A program made the translations under genes and the position numbers. Source: Podarcis liolepis (lineage: Eukaryota). From it: DNA of 64,000 bases. Numbering within the stretch: the stretch's first letter is position 1; every line of letters starts with the position of its first letter. Positions 46,981 through 60,715 of the stretch are shown piece after piece. A model generated the notes under the pieces. The model was not told where the DNA came from, made no database searches, and saw nothing but the letters and a program-made list of their open reading frames with translations. The stretch lies in NCBI GenBank assembly GCA_965112155.1, contig OZ218102.1. One strand, 5' to 3'.

Positions 46981-49900
46981 CTTTATGCAAACATCCAATG
47001 GCACAGAGGCCTAGTTCATGTGGTTCTTCAAAAGAATCACAGGAAAAGAGCATTCATTTGGGGCATCCAGTCCATGATGAGCATTAACATTTGGAGGAGG
47101 AAGAGGAGTCCGTACCTCTACCACATAGGGGCATTAGCTCCCCCTCCAAATGTAAAACTGAGCAGTGCCACACTCCCCTGGATAGTTCTTGACAAAATGT
47201 GTGGATCATGGGGCGTTTAAGGGTATACTTCTGCTAGCATGGTCTACATTCATGCCACAGGTATGCCACCTTGGGTTCCATGTTGGAAGAAAGGTGGGAT
47301 ATAAATGTTAGGAAGTAAATAAGCAAACATCTGCTCAGTAATGTACTCCCATCTCCACAAGTCATTTGTCTAAACTAAACAGCAGCCTTCAGGTGGTGGA
47401 AGATTTTAACAGCAATCCAAGCAAAGGGATTTGCTGGCACCTTTTACCAAAAGCTTTATTTACACTTTGATCTCCTCCTTTGTCTCTCCATTCCCCACAC
47501 CCAGGGCCATGTAAAATTTAATTAAGAAGTTTATTGTTGGGCCTCCCAGCTTTCGGGGAAAGAGAAATGAAGCCAATTGCTTGCAGAAGAGAGTAGAAAA
47601 ATGTCACCTGGAAATGCGGCTCTGGCTGTTTGTAATCATACAAGAGAAGAACAAGTGAGGAGGGCAATCTTAAATTAATTAAAATGGCTCACTGTAAAAC
47701 TAGAGTCTGGAACAAAGGGACCCCAGTGACCCTCGGATGAAAGATGTGACACAGCTAGAAGTGGCCTCCTCTGATTTTTTTAAAAAAGAGCTTTAGTGAC
47801 TGGAAAACATGAAGGCTCAAGGATGCAAGTTAAAGCAAAACACTTGTGTATGTGTTTAGCGAGCGGGAGAAAGATCCTAACGTTTTCTATAATTGTCTCT
47901 CAGTGGGCATGACCCAGTGTGGGCAGAGTGGTGGGGCAGGACATAGAGGTTCTAGCTGCATCCATGCATACATGGTGGGTTGGAGCAAATGTGTTCAGTG
48001 GTCCCAATCCAGTTGTCTGGTGCTGAGCAAGAACAGAGTCTCTGCTGCTATACCATGCACCTCCCAGCCATCCACAAGAAGGCAAATACCTTCCCATGGG
48101 CAATTATTATTACAAGACCTCATTGTGTCCAAACACTGCACCAAAGTGTGAACTATCCCACAGTGCTAGAACCATGGAGTGAGAACTGTAGTCTTTTGTA
48201 GAAATAGGGCACTGCCATGTCCCTTTCACCAGCTGTAAACCGAGGCAGAGGGGGGTGCCATTTACCTACCAAAACACTCCGAATTTGGTGAAGGGGTGAA
48301 GTTGATCAACCTGCAGAGTCCACAACAATCAGTGTAACCATAATTATGACATTGGGCTGAACTGCTTCATGTGGATTCTGCAAATCCAACTGCCCACCTA
48401 CTTTATCAATCTAGTTTAGAGAAATGAAGGAAGCTGATGTTGTGAATCAAGCAGAGGTTTGTTTGTGGTTTTGAGGGAATCCCCAGTGTTTTCTCTGCAA
48501 ATTAAAGACTGAATCAACCTGAATCTCATAGGTTTAAATCCATTTTGCCCACTACAATTCTGGTCCTAAGGAATAGTTTCTCCACTTGGTTGACAGGTCA
48601 AGATGAAGAAAGGAAATAAACATCACAATGGCTGCTTTCAGACATCACACAAGCCCTTTGCTCATATGGGGCAAAGATTGCTAATTGGGTTTTGGACTTT
48701 GCATTCAAATGGGTGCGATCTAGTCTAGTGAAACTAAATCCAAGGGAATTATGAATCCTCTCAGTTAAAAAAAAGACACACATGTTGTAGGTAGGTAGAT
48801 GGATGGATACATAAACAGATGGTGCATTTTCTTCAGAATGATGAGGGACAGAAACTTGCTTTCATTTTAATTAAAAGTTTATAATATCTCAGGAGTCTCT
48901 GGAAGTGACTAGCTTCTACACTGCAAATTATCACTGCAACCTAAAGAAGCATGCGAAAAAGGCATAGATGCTCTTTCTTCTCTGTCAGTGGGAATCCATG
49001 CAACTTACAGCATGGCATAAAAAATAATTGGACCTGGGCAAAACCTTGGCTTTTGTGTGCTCCGTTAGTTGCAAGAGATCTGTTTCATATCTGCACAGCA
49101 TCAAATTCATTCATTAAGTCCAGCGCTCTGTAAATGACAACATTTCTTCCTCCCTCAACGTAATCCGACAAATATCCCTTCTCAAAGTAAATTAATTAAC
49201 TTAAAAATGGTTTAATATCCTGTAACAAAATAATCTTCCAAGACTTCAGTTTCTAATGGGTGGACTTCCTCCAGGAGGCAGAAAGTACAAGTCTGTAGTC
49301 GGCTTTCCCCTTCAATCAACCAGCAGCGGGAAGGATGAGCTTCTATGCTTCCAGCACCATGAGAGTTAATCATCCTCCCTTGTGCCGTCCAGGGACATCC
49401 ATCAGCAGTAAAGATGCAGGGATGGTTTCACAAGCAAAGGATGGAGTACCGAGATGAAGGATTTCATTTTAGAAACAGGCCAAGAGAAGATGATAATTTA
49501 AAGCAGGCAAGTGCATCCTATGATCAGGCAAATACTTTCTGGTAATAAAAAGGGAAGCCACAGAGGATAAAATAGCCAACAAATGAATGAATGCACTATC
49601 AGCCTGAATGATCTCCCAGTAGTCACGATACCCTTAGAATGGGACCCTCTTGATTTTAAGCCCATAATGTTATGCCCCAACTTCTTTCTCTGAGAAGAAA
49701 GCCTTTCATATAGCAGGAGTTTTGGTGTGTCACCTGCAGGAGAATTTCCAGTATTAATATTTCAGCAATACCAATCTTTCAGAATACACTTTAAAGCTCT
49801 CAATTTCATCTCCCGCTGTCATTTTTATATTTTATTAAATGTCCCCGCTCCCTCTAGTGTTAGCCACCATGCTTCCTGAATGCTTTCCCTGGCTGTATTT

Positions 49901-50980
49901 GGGATCTCTCAGTTTCCAGCGCTTTTGCCCCAGGGCTGCATAGATCAAGGAGAGGGTAGCAGGAGGTCAGCTGAGCTAATTAGGTGGTGCTATTCTGAGT
50001 TACAAGACTACTGATGTTTCTCTTATCTGTCCAGCAGAAGGCATGGTGCTTCCTACCAGGTTGTAAAGTGGACAGTTTGACTATTATTCATTTGCAGGAG
50101 AATAAAATAATCTTGATTTGGAGCAAGTTCCTAATACTGAGAGTTGACATAGTTGTTTTAAAAGATGCAGAACTAGAATTATGGATCTGTTCCTTTTTAT
50201 ATGCATTATGGGACTGTAGCTACGTTCACATTGCATTCATCAAAATATACCCCTGGCACCTGGTCTCTTAATAGTGCACTATATAAGCTCAAGAAGTCTA
50301 TACTGTACATATTTGAAGGCTGGTAGCAAATATCTTTATTTACTATATGTTCAACCCAAAGTTCTGTTTGAAAAACAAAATTCTGGGCAAGAAAATGAAC
50401 ATGGGACTTAAGGGTCTGCCTCACCCTTAAGACTCAATTACTATATGACAGCTTTCACCAACTTGGTGCCAATTAAGGCTGATGGGAATCATAGACCAAA
50501 ATATATGGAGGGCACCACACTGGCAAAGGCTGAAGTGACACTGACTCATGGTGTCTGTAATGCACATCTGAACTTGACAGCCTGCACTTTAAATGTACCC
50601 ATCTCAGTACAGTGTTAGCCAGCCAGTTGAAGCTGTGCCCAGTTGAAGACTGATATTGAAAAAGACTCTTGCCTGTCATAGACAGTGCATTCGTATGCAT
50701 ATCAATTCAGAAGTAATCCTCACTGAGTTCAATGGGATTTACTCCCAAGTAAGTGTGTTTAGGACTGCAGCCTAAATCACATACTGCAGTACTAACTTTC
50801 CCCTCTTCCTTGCCCACCACCCAACCAACGCATAGGTCCACAGGCAAAGCCTCACATCAGAGATGGAGAAACCCTTCTTTGGTGGAGGGCCACATTCTTT
50901 TCTGGTCAACTTTCTGGGGGCCACATGCCAAGGCTGGCTGGGGTTGGGAAGCAAAAGTGTCCCAAGCAATTAATATAACT

Positions 50981-51126
50981 TGGATAGCTCATTTAGTAAA
51001 GCAGGAGACTCGTAATCTCAGGGCTGTGGGTCCAAGCCCTATGTTGGACAAAAGATTCCTACATTACAGTGGGATGGACAAGGTGACCCTCATGGTCTCT
51101 TCCACCTCTACAATTCTCTGATTCTA
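50981..51126 (+). mobile_element. tRNA-Lys-derived SINE with CR1 3' tail
   Basis: Head GGATAGCTCATTTAGTAAAGCAGGAGACTCGTAATCTCAGGGCTGTGGGTCCAAGCCCTATGTTGG resembles tRNA-Lys(CTT); tail ..GGACAAGGTGACCCTCATGGTCTCTTCCACCTCTACAATTCTCTGATTCTA. Confidence 0.75.
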
Positions 51127-51344
51127 CAAATCTATAAACTTTACCCTTTGTGCAGTAGGATAGTTTCTATATAAGGATTTAAATGTATTGCTTGCAGTTT
51201 GGTGCCTCTAACCCAGGATTGACTGCAAGCAACTCCAGCTATTCCTGGGGGGGGGACCCTCCTCCCCCCACTGCCACCTCTACCCCTGCCACCAGAGAAC
51301 TGCTTAGTGCAAGCATTGCCTTCAATACACATCCTGCAAACTTT

Positions 51345-51579
51345 GTGTGGTGTAGTGGTTAAGAGCGGTAGTCTCGTAATCTGGGGAACCGGGTTCGTGT
51401 CTCCGCTCCTCCACACGCAGCTGCTGGGTGACCTTGGGCCAGTCACACTTCTCTGAAGTCTCTCAGCCCCACTCACCTCACAGAGTGTTTGTTGTGGGGG
51501 AGGAAGGGAAAGGAGAATGTTAGCTGCTTTGAGACTCCTTAAAGGGAGTGAAAAGTGGGATATCAAATCCAAACTCTTT
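51345..51579 (+). mobile_element. tRNA-derived CORE-like SINE with L2-type tail (Squam3-like)
   Basis: A box TGGTGTAGTGG, B box GGTTCGTGTC, core GCTGGGTGACCTTGGGCCAGTCAC...CCTCACAGAGTGTTTGTTGTGGGG, tail GAAAAGTGGGATATCAAATCCAAACTCTT. Confidence 0.82.
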
Positions 51580-52393
51580 TGCATTCATTTGACCCCAACA
51601 TCAAACGGCGCTTGATAGGCACCATCATCAGAATAAACATGGCGCTGACACACCCTGTACAATCAGCTTTGGACAGACAAGACAGTTAGTTAGGAGGGAA
51701 GTTGGGGATATCCTGGATAGTTAGTCAGAGCAGTACAAGGGAAAAGTCAAAGAGAAGCGCAGTGCTAAAAGGCGAAGCTAATATAATTCAGGCAAGGCTT
51801 TGCAGACAGAGCCAAAGGAACATAAAAAAGGAAGAGAGAAATGATTTGACACAGAGAGGGGAGGCGATCCCAAGTTTCAGAAGTGTCATGGCAGAAGGCA
51901 CAAAGACTAGTGTGAGGAAATGAAAATAAGTGAGGGGGTGGGCTGGTAGCACATGAGATTCTTTGGTGCAAAAAAGGGGGGGGAATTAGAGAAGTGAATG
52001 AAGCAAAGGAAAGGATGGAGAGAGCTTTAAATGGAACAGTGCTAGAGACTTTGATGGAGATGGAGGAAGGGTGCTACTGTCTGCTAACAGGGCCAAGATA
52101 TGAAGTGGCAGGGAACCAAGCCATGACGGCAGTACCTTAAAGCATTCAATTTGAAAGGAGATAGAAGAATGGCCTGCCAAGTCCACAGCCAAGATACAGC
52201 AAAACCAAAGTCCAGGCTAATTCTATGATCCCAGTGCCTCAGGAAGCTCCTACCCCAAAGCAAACAGGAGCGAAACATTGTCTTGAGCCTGTGCATTTCC
52301 AACAGCACAGTGCCATTGGATGCAAAAGCTAACATAGCAACTTTGACACAATGCGAAGGAAATGGGCTATTTCTGTTTTTAAAAAAATATATA

Positions 52394-52633
52394 CAGTGGT
52401 ACCTTGGTTTACAACCATAATCCGTTCTGGAGGTTCATTTGTAAACCAATACAGGTTGTCACCCAAGGCGCGCTTTCGCTAATGGGGCCTCCCAAAAAAT
52501 TGTTTACTTAATCCAAAAAAATGGGTTGTAATCCAAAAAATGTTTGCAAACCAGGACACACACTTCCAGGTTTGATGTGTCTGTAATCCAAAACATATGC
52601 AAACCAGACTGTTCGCAAACCAAGGTACAACTG
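52394..52633. mobile_element. Tc1/mariner (Tigger-like) MITE
   Basis: TA|CAGTGGTACCTTGGTTT ... AAACCAAGGTACAACTG|TA. Confidence 0.88.
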
Positions 52634-54195
52634 TATATAAATCTTGCATGTAGGGTTGTTTGGGAATTATGGAGTTAACTTGTTAAACCTGGCGTGACCA
52701 GTGGTCAATCTGAAAGCTGGTAAAATCACTGAGAAGGGTACAGATTGCACATAGGTGATGTCTGCTGGGGGAGGGGGGTAACCCTAGTACTTCCTTTGGT
52801 TTTGTGAATTCAAAAGTAGGGCAGTCATGGAGCCCCAGGACTGTCTGGCTAGTAACTTGCTTTGGCTTTCAGATCTGGTGTGATCTCAGGATACAAAGGA
52901 AACACACCCTGGAGGGTTACAGACATGGCTAATTGGATGTAATTCATTAGATGTAGGGTTTCTAAGGAGAAAGGGAAAGCAGGCTGCATTTAATTCTTTG
53001 TTTATTTGTTTGTTTGCTCCATTGGGAATCTTACGTAAAATCTTTTTTTTTTTAGGAACTGCTTTTTTATTCCTTTTAGTAAACTTTTAAACTCATTTCA
53101 TAAAAGGTTTGCGGTCTACTTGAACATATCGCTCAACATCTGTGTTTTTAATTTGTTTTATGTTTTTATATTGTTGCAAGCCACTGTGATATATTCTAAT
53201 TAATACACAGAGTGCCATGTTCTACATTGTCTTGGGTGTTCTCAAGGAGACACAAATGGGATTTGGGGCTGGTTGGTGAAAGGCAGCCTTGCAGAAAAAT
53301 AAAATGCTTTTAACTAGTGACAGCAAAGGTCTAAAGTGAAGGGTGAGTGAACAGGAGGGGACATTCTGCTTGGCCAGGAATCCCTGACATTGTACAGGAC
53401 CCAGGGAAGCTGGGGTTCCATAGCACAATCAAACACATACACCAGTACCCCTGGCAAACATAGAACATAGGAAGAAACCTTATACTGAGTCAGACCACTG
53501 GTCCATCTAACTCAATAATGTCTACACTGACTGGCAATAGCTTTCCAGGAGTTCAGATTGGGTTCATCCTAAAGCCAGGCCAAGATATTTTGCTGCCTAA
53601 GGCAAAGGGCAAAATGGTACACACATGAACCCATTCCTCATATAGTAGTGAATCTATTACTAGCAATCGTTATCTCACTAAGTGGTTTGGATTTGAATTC
53701 ATCTAGAGCAGCAAAAATAGCTTGAGCCAGCTCTGTCTGTGGTCCACAATTCAATGCAGAGTTGGGTACACTTAAACAAGGGTTGGGGAGCTAGCGATCT
53801 TCCAGATCCCATCATGCCTCATCATTGTGGCTATTGGTCAGGGATGTTGCAGTCTAACAATGACTGCAGGCAACAGGTTTTCCTCCCTGACAAACGCACT
53901 GATTTCAATGGGCTTAAAAAGTGCTTACACATATGTGTTGAACTGTAGTCTCTAGAGAAAGATCAAAGCTACAGCAAGGCTTGAGCTACCAGGCCATATC
54001 CAAGCAGCTTAACTAATTTGTTTTGTAACCCAAATCCAAGCAATACATTGAATGTGAGCATATTAAGAAACTGTAACCCTCCCTCCTCTGGATTAATTGA
54101 AATAGGGAGAATCCTGACATCAGATTCACAACTAAGTGGAGACAGGGGAACACACTGTTCCAGCTGCAGCGCACTCAGTCCCAATGAATATATTC

Positions 54196-54332
54196 CAGGC
54201 TTCCTCAACCTCGGCCCTCCAGATGTTTTGGGACTACAATTCCCAGCATCCCTGACCACTGGTCCTGCTAGCTAAGGATCATGGGAGTTGTAGGCCAAAA
54301 AACATCTGGAGGGCTGAGGCTGAGGAAGCCTG
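54196..54332. mobile_element. Complete hAT MITE with perfect 8-bp TSD
   Basis: TIR CAGGCTTCCTCA / TGAGGAAGCCTG, near-palindromic body, TSD ATATATTC at 54188-54195 and 54333-54340. Confidence 0.93.
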
Positions 54333-55243
54333 ATATATTCTTGTTTAGTATCATGGGAGTAAGTTATTCAGCAAAGAACCTAAATGAACCATCTTCTGTG
54401 CCACTATCTGTTGAGGAATCTGGCTAAGAGTCTTTCTAGCAGAGTCTTTCTGGCTAGGAGTCTCTGCTAAGCAGAGCTATCCATTCCAAAACAAAACCAA
54501 GTATTGTCCCTGTCACCATCCTTTCTTGTTAGAGCCCTTAATTAAAAAAACCACCTGCCACCTATTACAGCCCATTAGGCTCCCAATGTGCATCTCACCA
54601 AGGTGAGAGGTAAAATAACAGCATCAGACTGACATGTGCACATTAGTAGCCAGCAATCCCACCAGAATACTGCCAAAGGCATTCGTAACCAGCCTTACCT
54701 CCAAAAAGGAGCAGGCAGAGAGGCACGCACTTCCAGACCTTTCTATCCAACAAAGGCATTTCCAGTTCTTTGAGCAGAAGGTGTCAGATCCACAAGGAAG
54801 AGGAACAATTAATTACTGTTTAGATTTTGCACAAAGGACTCTAGATGCATGTATGTATACAATTAATTACTTATTGTCATAGATAATTGCATGCATATAA
54901 ATGCTTACAATATATAATTAACACAAAGAACGGAGAAACAGAGGCTCTGGGAAATAAAATAAGAACATTGACCTTGTAGCGTTTTTCTAAAACCCAGGAA
55001 GTCGGGGCCTCTTGACTGACTAGCCCAAATTACATTTATTCAGAAGTGTATCATTGATTTTCAATGGGGCTTTCTTCCAAATCAGAATGCTTAGAATTTC
55101 AGCCAAAGCCAAACAAGGAATCCCAAATCTCTTGACAGACAACACACTTCATCCAGCGCAGCAGAAATGAAATGCCTTTCTTCATTTCTCTGGCTGTTCA
55201 TAGGGATGGAAATTATAACTGATAAGAAAGCCAAGTTCTAAAC

Positions 55244-55373
55244 CAGAGATGAAAAACTTGTGGGCCTGCAGATGTTGCTGGACTGCAACTCTGATCATCC
55301 CTGGCTCAGACTAATGCGAGTTGGGAGTCCAATATCTTTCACAGATGCATAAGCCACAGCTACCCCATCCCTG
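55244..55373. mobile_element. Decayed hAT MITE
   Basis: CAGAGATG..GGGCCTGCAGATGTTGCTGGACT...GAGTTGGGAGTCCAA...CCCCATCCCTG. Confidence 0.6.
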
Positions 55374-55910
55374 TGCAAAATGTTCTGGCCTGTCTCAATA
55401 ATGCCCAACACCTTCAATGGTGCGAAGAGAAAAATAGCATCCCATGCAGAGAGTGGAATGTGGTTGCAGCACCCTCCTCCTTGCAGTCAGACAATATTTC
55501 TTCAAATGTTTCAAGAAGCCATGTTTAGCATCAGTGAAAGCTTCAGGACAATTTAACATTTATGTTTCTTTGAACGAGGCTCATATGGTATGTATTTCTC
55601 ATTCTGCAATGTTTCCATGTGACTCTTATCCATGTTTACTTATCAGAGATTAATCAAGAGCTGAACTTTCAGCAGCAGTCACCTCAAATCTTTAAGAAGT
55701 GATTGGTCTATCTGTTAATGGATGTGAAACTCTGGACTGGTTCACATGGTGTCAACTGGCTCTGCCCAGGGTGATGATGAGGGCATGCCTTTGCCCATGA
55801 TCACAGAGAACAGGTAGCAAATGAACAGGCACAGCTGCAGAAATCTGGCAGCAATTCCCACTGTCATGACGGCTGATGTTCAGTTTCTGCAGTTACTAAT
55901 GCAGCAATTC

Positions 55911-56089
55911 CAGAAGGGTAGCCAATGCCATGCCAGTCCGTTGCAGCAAAAAGAACAAAGAGTCCTGTGGCACCTTAAAGACCAACAAATTCAGTCATCA
56001 TGACATAAACTTTTGTTGCATCCAGCAAAGTGGGCTTTAGTTTAGAAAGTTGTTAAGACTTCACGGTGCCACAGAACTCTGTTGTTTCT
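55911..56089. mobile_element. Penelope-derived short inverted-repeat element
   Basis: AAAGAGTCCTGTGGCACCTTAAAGAC ... CACGGTGCCACAGAACTCTGTTG: inverted copies of a motif characteristic of vertebrate Penelope pseudo-LTR ends (recalled). Confidence 0.55.
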
Positions 56090-59000
56090 ACTGGGTTGCT
56101 GCCACTATCTCAGTAGATAATTTCTACTGGATCCCTAAGTGTGCAGATGTCTGTTGGCATCGGTCGCTGTGATGTTCGGGCAGAAGAAAGCTTTTGAAGC
56201 TCTCGAACGAATGACCAGGAGGGAGAGAACATGCCAGTCGGGCATGTGTCTCTACCAGGGTCCTACTCGAGTGTAGGATGAGCTCATAACAAAAACCCTG
56301 ATTCATAATTCCCTAACACTATACTACTAGCAAAGATAGCCCTCTCTGAAAGGGCAGCCACTGGAATCTCCCATGGGCCTTGGGTGCCAAAGCCTTGGTG
56401 TCTAAAGTCTTAGGAAAGATAGCAATTGACTCTAGACACTTACTAATGGAAGCAGAAATGGCAGCAGCCTAATTGTCAGAACACAGATGACCCCAAACAT
56501 CCAATTATAAGCTTAAGTCAATTGGGAGGAATGTAATTCCTGACCTACCAGGAGTGACCTCCCTCCTAATTGGCTTGACCTTGTGGTTGACTGTGTCATA
56601 TGATTTCTGATAGCATACAGCTCCTGCCTTCACTTCATCACTTTATGGTGAAAGGAAAATATATGTTATGCAGTTTACCAGCTATAGGATTCTAATACAC
56701 TTCCAGCTCATTTCATAATTCTCAGAAAGCCTAACCCAAAATCAACACTTGTACAGATACTCTCTAGCCTAAGATTTGCTTGATTTTTCCCTCTCAGGGA
56801 CTTTTCATGTGCTGGTTTTTATTTTTTCCCCCTAAATATACAAAAAATATTTTTCACACATATTTTTCTATGTGTGAAGTAAAAAGTGAGTCTTATTTTT
56901 CTGTTGCAAAGTACACAGATCGCACAGCTGATGTGGACACTAGCCATACAAAATGTACAATACAGTTGATAGGAAGCAGGAATTGCTAGAGAAGTGATAA
57001 GGAAGGACAGAACCAGCGCAGCAGAGGAACAAGTAAGATCTATGGTGCTATCAGGGCAGGACTTTGGGACAGAAGTCCCCCACTGAGCAGAATCAGCAGG
57101 AGAGGCCCCAAATGCAACAGGGCTGTCCTACAACATACTGAAGTAAGTGAATACACATTATCATCTAAAAGACCAGAGTCTGGAATTCCCTTACTACACC
57201 ATTAGGGTAAGTTGAGGCCAAGGTAATAAGAAAAGGCTGGAGTAGATCTTGAGGCAGGACTTGAAGGAGAAGGTAGCCGAATCCTGATGAGGAAAAGGAG
57301 GTTTTCCAAAAGAGGGTGGAAAGAAAGGCAAAAGGTAGTGCACTGAGAGTGGGAAATGCCAGGAAAAAAGAACAGTGGGTGATTCATTTGTTTGTGGTGG
57401 AAAACCAATGCAAACCTCTTCTCCCCATGTGGGTAGTAAAAGCAGTGAATGCCCATTCAGAGGCTCCATAGCAGACAACATGTGTCTCTCACATCTCACT
57501 CTCTGGCCAACAGAAGCATTCTATTAAGGGACCAGCACAGCCCCCCTCTTTCTAAGGTCTGCAGTACAAATTCACATTCAGTTGTACTAAACTAAGCAGT
57601 TTACTTTTGGGTAAACTCCCAAAAGATTGCATTAGTATTATTATTCCACATTAATATCTAATGGAGGAGATGCTAGAGATATATAAGCAGGACTGGATTC
57701 GGCTCCATAGCCCCCCATTGTGGCACGCAAGCTACAGACTCTCTGCTATATGCAGGGAAGTGGGATGGGAAGAAATCAACTGATTTACTTTGGTCCATAT
57801 TACTGACACTCATAATTACATGTGCACATGCATATACATGTGCATGCACACATGTTCCAAAACGTACTTCCCTAAGCCTATAGATGAAAGTGTGAGTATT
57901 TCCTGATTTGCCTTAAAAAGAAATTCTCTAGCAAGTAAAAACACAATTTCTCTCTTCATTTTTTAAAATGCTTTTCATTATTTTTCATTTGAATATGCTC
58001 CCCCAACTTCTTCCTAAGTGTCATGCAGCTTCTATTCTCCATTAGCATTTTTAATAATGAAAAAATCCACTCTTTTCTTATTCCCTTTCTACCAGTTCTT
58101 AAAACCCCAGGAGAGATCTGTAGACTGAAATTAACTGTGTGCCAAACAACTACTTTTGCCAGTTCCTGACGCCTGCCAAAAGGCAAGGAGGAGACTTTGA
58201 CAAGTCAAATCTTCACAAAGAGAGAGAGGAAGCAGGGATGCAACCCCTATGTGCCCATCACGTGAGCAAAGTCAGAACTGAAGCACCGAGCTGCTCAGGA
58301 GAGCAGAGCACAACCTACGCAGTGAGGGGACGTGCCTTGGTATTCCCTGCGCCCCCACAGATGCTTTGCATCTCCTCCGTGCATTCAGAAAACATGTTCC
58401 CCAGCAGCAGCCAGGCACGGATGAAGTCTTGCGGTCAGGTATATAATAGCTTTGAGCTCTACTCTGAGCCAAATCGCTATTTCACCCTGCCCCTTTGGGC
58501 CAATTGCTTGACCTCCTTATGCCACAATCAAGCCTATTGTCAAATTGGGTAGACAGAAGCACGGCTGCAGAAGGAAGGATAAAAGAGCCAGCCACTATTT
58601 TTGATTACTAGCGTGAGATGGAGGGTGTTCCCTGATAACACATGAAAGCAGCAGTGCTTCTCAGAGTCAAGTTGAGCATTTGACTTTCCCTGTAGGTTCA
58701 CAACAGTGCCTGGTTTTTAAGAGCAAAGCTAATTAATCACAAGGTGCAGAGTAAGAGGGGAAAGTCCCCAGAAGCAGGACCTCTCGTTACAGACATTGTG
58801 GATATTACTTGTTCATTAACATGCTGGCTCGTTATTCCCTTCGCACAAATGCCACAGTGATCCATGCCATTCCATCAGTGAAACGCAGCATCTTTGCAGC
58901 CAGATATTTCCAGCCCAAAATATCAGGGAGGGAACCAAGAATGCTACTGCAGTGTACTTGGCTATTTGGCACCCTGTAACGAGTCCTTAGTTTTATTAGC

Positions 59001-60715
59001 AGAGATCTAGAATTATTTATCCATCCTAGTAAAGAGGATCATCATCTGACATTTGCCTTTGGACAAAAATGACATCTTTATTTTCCCAAAGTGCCAGAAG
59101 CATTCTGAACTGAACCAGAAGCTATCAAGTACTGAAAACCTGTATCAGTGACTAGCTCCTTTGGTGAATCACTGAACACTTAAGACAGAGAAACAACTTC
59201 TAATTTCACTACATTGATCAAAGCTGTTAAAAATCAGGATTCCGCAGTGCTTCTCTAGACATGGCACATCTTTAGGACACCCACTATTGCTTCTATTCTT
59301 AGTAATGTGATGTCCACAGCACGATGAGGTGAAGAGTAGCCTGCACTTAAGTCTCCATTGCTTAGGCAAATGGTGATAAACTAAAAATAAGCCTTCCAGA
59401 TCAAAATGTATATGAGGCTGTTGTTGTTTTCTGACAATGTAGAGGAATAGGCAAGACACCAAAGGTTTTGGGCCCCAAACGACCAATAACGACTGGGAAG
59501 TAAAAACTATATGAAAAGACAGAATATGGAATTTTCAGCTCTGGATGTTCCACTTGGTGCTTGTAATTGTTCTGTTCCTGGTGACAGTACATGCAAAAAG
59601 CAATAAAGGAGGAGGTAATAATCAGAACATTGCCTCCGGTGGGCTTTCCCCAACACTCTGTGCACAGTTTTGCCTCCTTCCCAAGCCTTTAATGGCAGAA
59701 CTGACTAGAACCTTCCTGGCATCAGGTTAAAATAAAATTGAAAATCCTTCTTATGGCTGTCCTAGGAGCATTATGAAGCAAGATGCTAGCTAGCTAAGTC
59801 AACCTAACAATGCCCCTTTCATTGCTCTCTCCAGCAGACACATTGCCTATAATGTAGCTGCATCCTCCAAGCGCAGCTATTCAGAATAAGACTTCAAGGG
59901 CGCCACCTTTTGATAAGACTGGGTCCAGGAAATATATATGCATACACACACAAATGGAATCCGTCAGGCAAACTTTTAGGAATCCTTCCTATTATTATTA
60001 TTATCGTTGTTGATATTATTATTAGACCCTTTTATTGACTGGAAAGAAAAGGCTCGGAGTTGCCCCTGATTTGTTTGAAATTGTTTCCTCTTCTTTCATT
60101 GCATGTCAGCAGAGAGGCGAGGAGGGAGGGGTACGTGCGTTTCCCTTAATAAATGAAACGCCAGGCTCCAAACTACGGCGAAGGCTCACGCCCCTCCCTC
60201 CCTCTCAGCCTGCGCGTCCCCCCACCAACCGAGCCCACACGGACCCACTGAAGGGTTTCCAGGGACGGATGGGGAGGAAGAGAGAAAGCAACTGCATTAC
60301 AAGCCATGTCCAGAGCACAACTCTCTCTCTCTCAGAGGGAGAAGGAAGGTTGTGGGGTTTTTTTTAATATAGAAAGAAAGAGCCTCTCTCTGAAACAAGC
60401 CGTCTGACCGAACTTTCCTCCAGGAGCTCGTATTCCGCGTTTCCCACCGCCTAATAAAAAGTGGGGACCGTAGGACTCTCCCTCCTTCCCCGGCGCCCAC
60501 CAGCCACCCAGAGATGACACGACTTTGGGATTTGTCGCGCGTTTCCCCTGACCGTGTTTATTTCAGCCCAGCCAATGGGGATGGGAAAACTTTTCTTCTT
60601 CTTTTCGGCAAAGCAAGAAAACAAAGGGAGTGGACTTGTGCCTGCCCAACCATGGCAGTACTACGACCCCCCCCCCCAGCCCACCCCTCCCGCCCAGTCC
60701 CCGAGGGGCCCTTTG

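Noticed and set aside
52649-52921. Possible second solo LTR (TGTAG...TTACA)
   Set aside because: No target-site duplication and termini not complementary beyond TGTA/TACA.
1-60715. SORCS3 exon 2 or nested protein-coding genes
   Set aside because: No ORF or visible minus-strand segment matches VILILTKLYDFNLGSVTESSLWR. The short ORFs have random composition. A short exon could be missed by eye; TBLASTN with a SORCS3 protein would be decisive.
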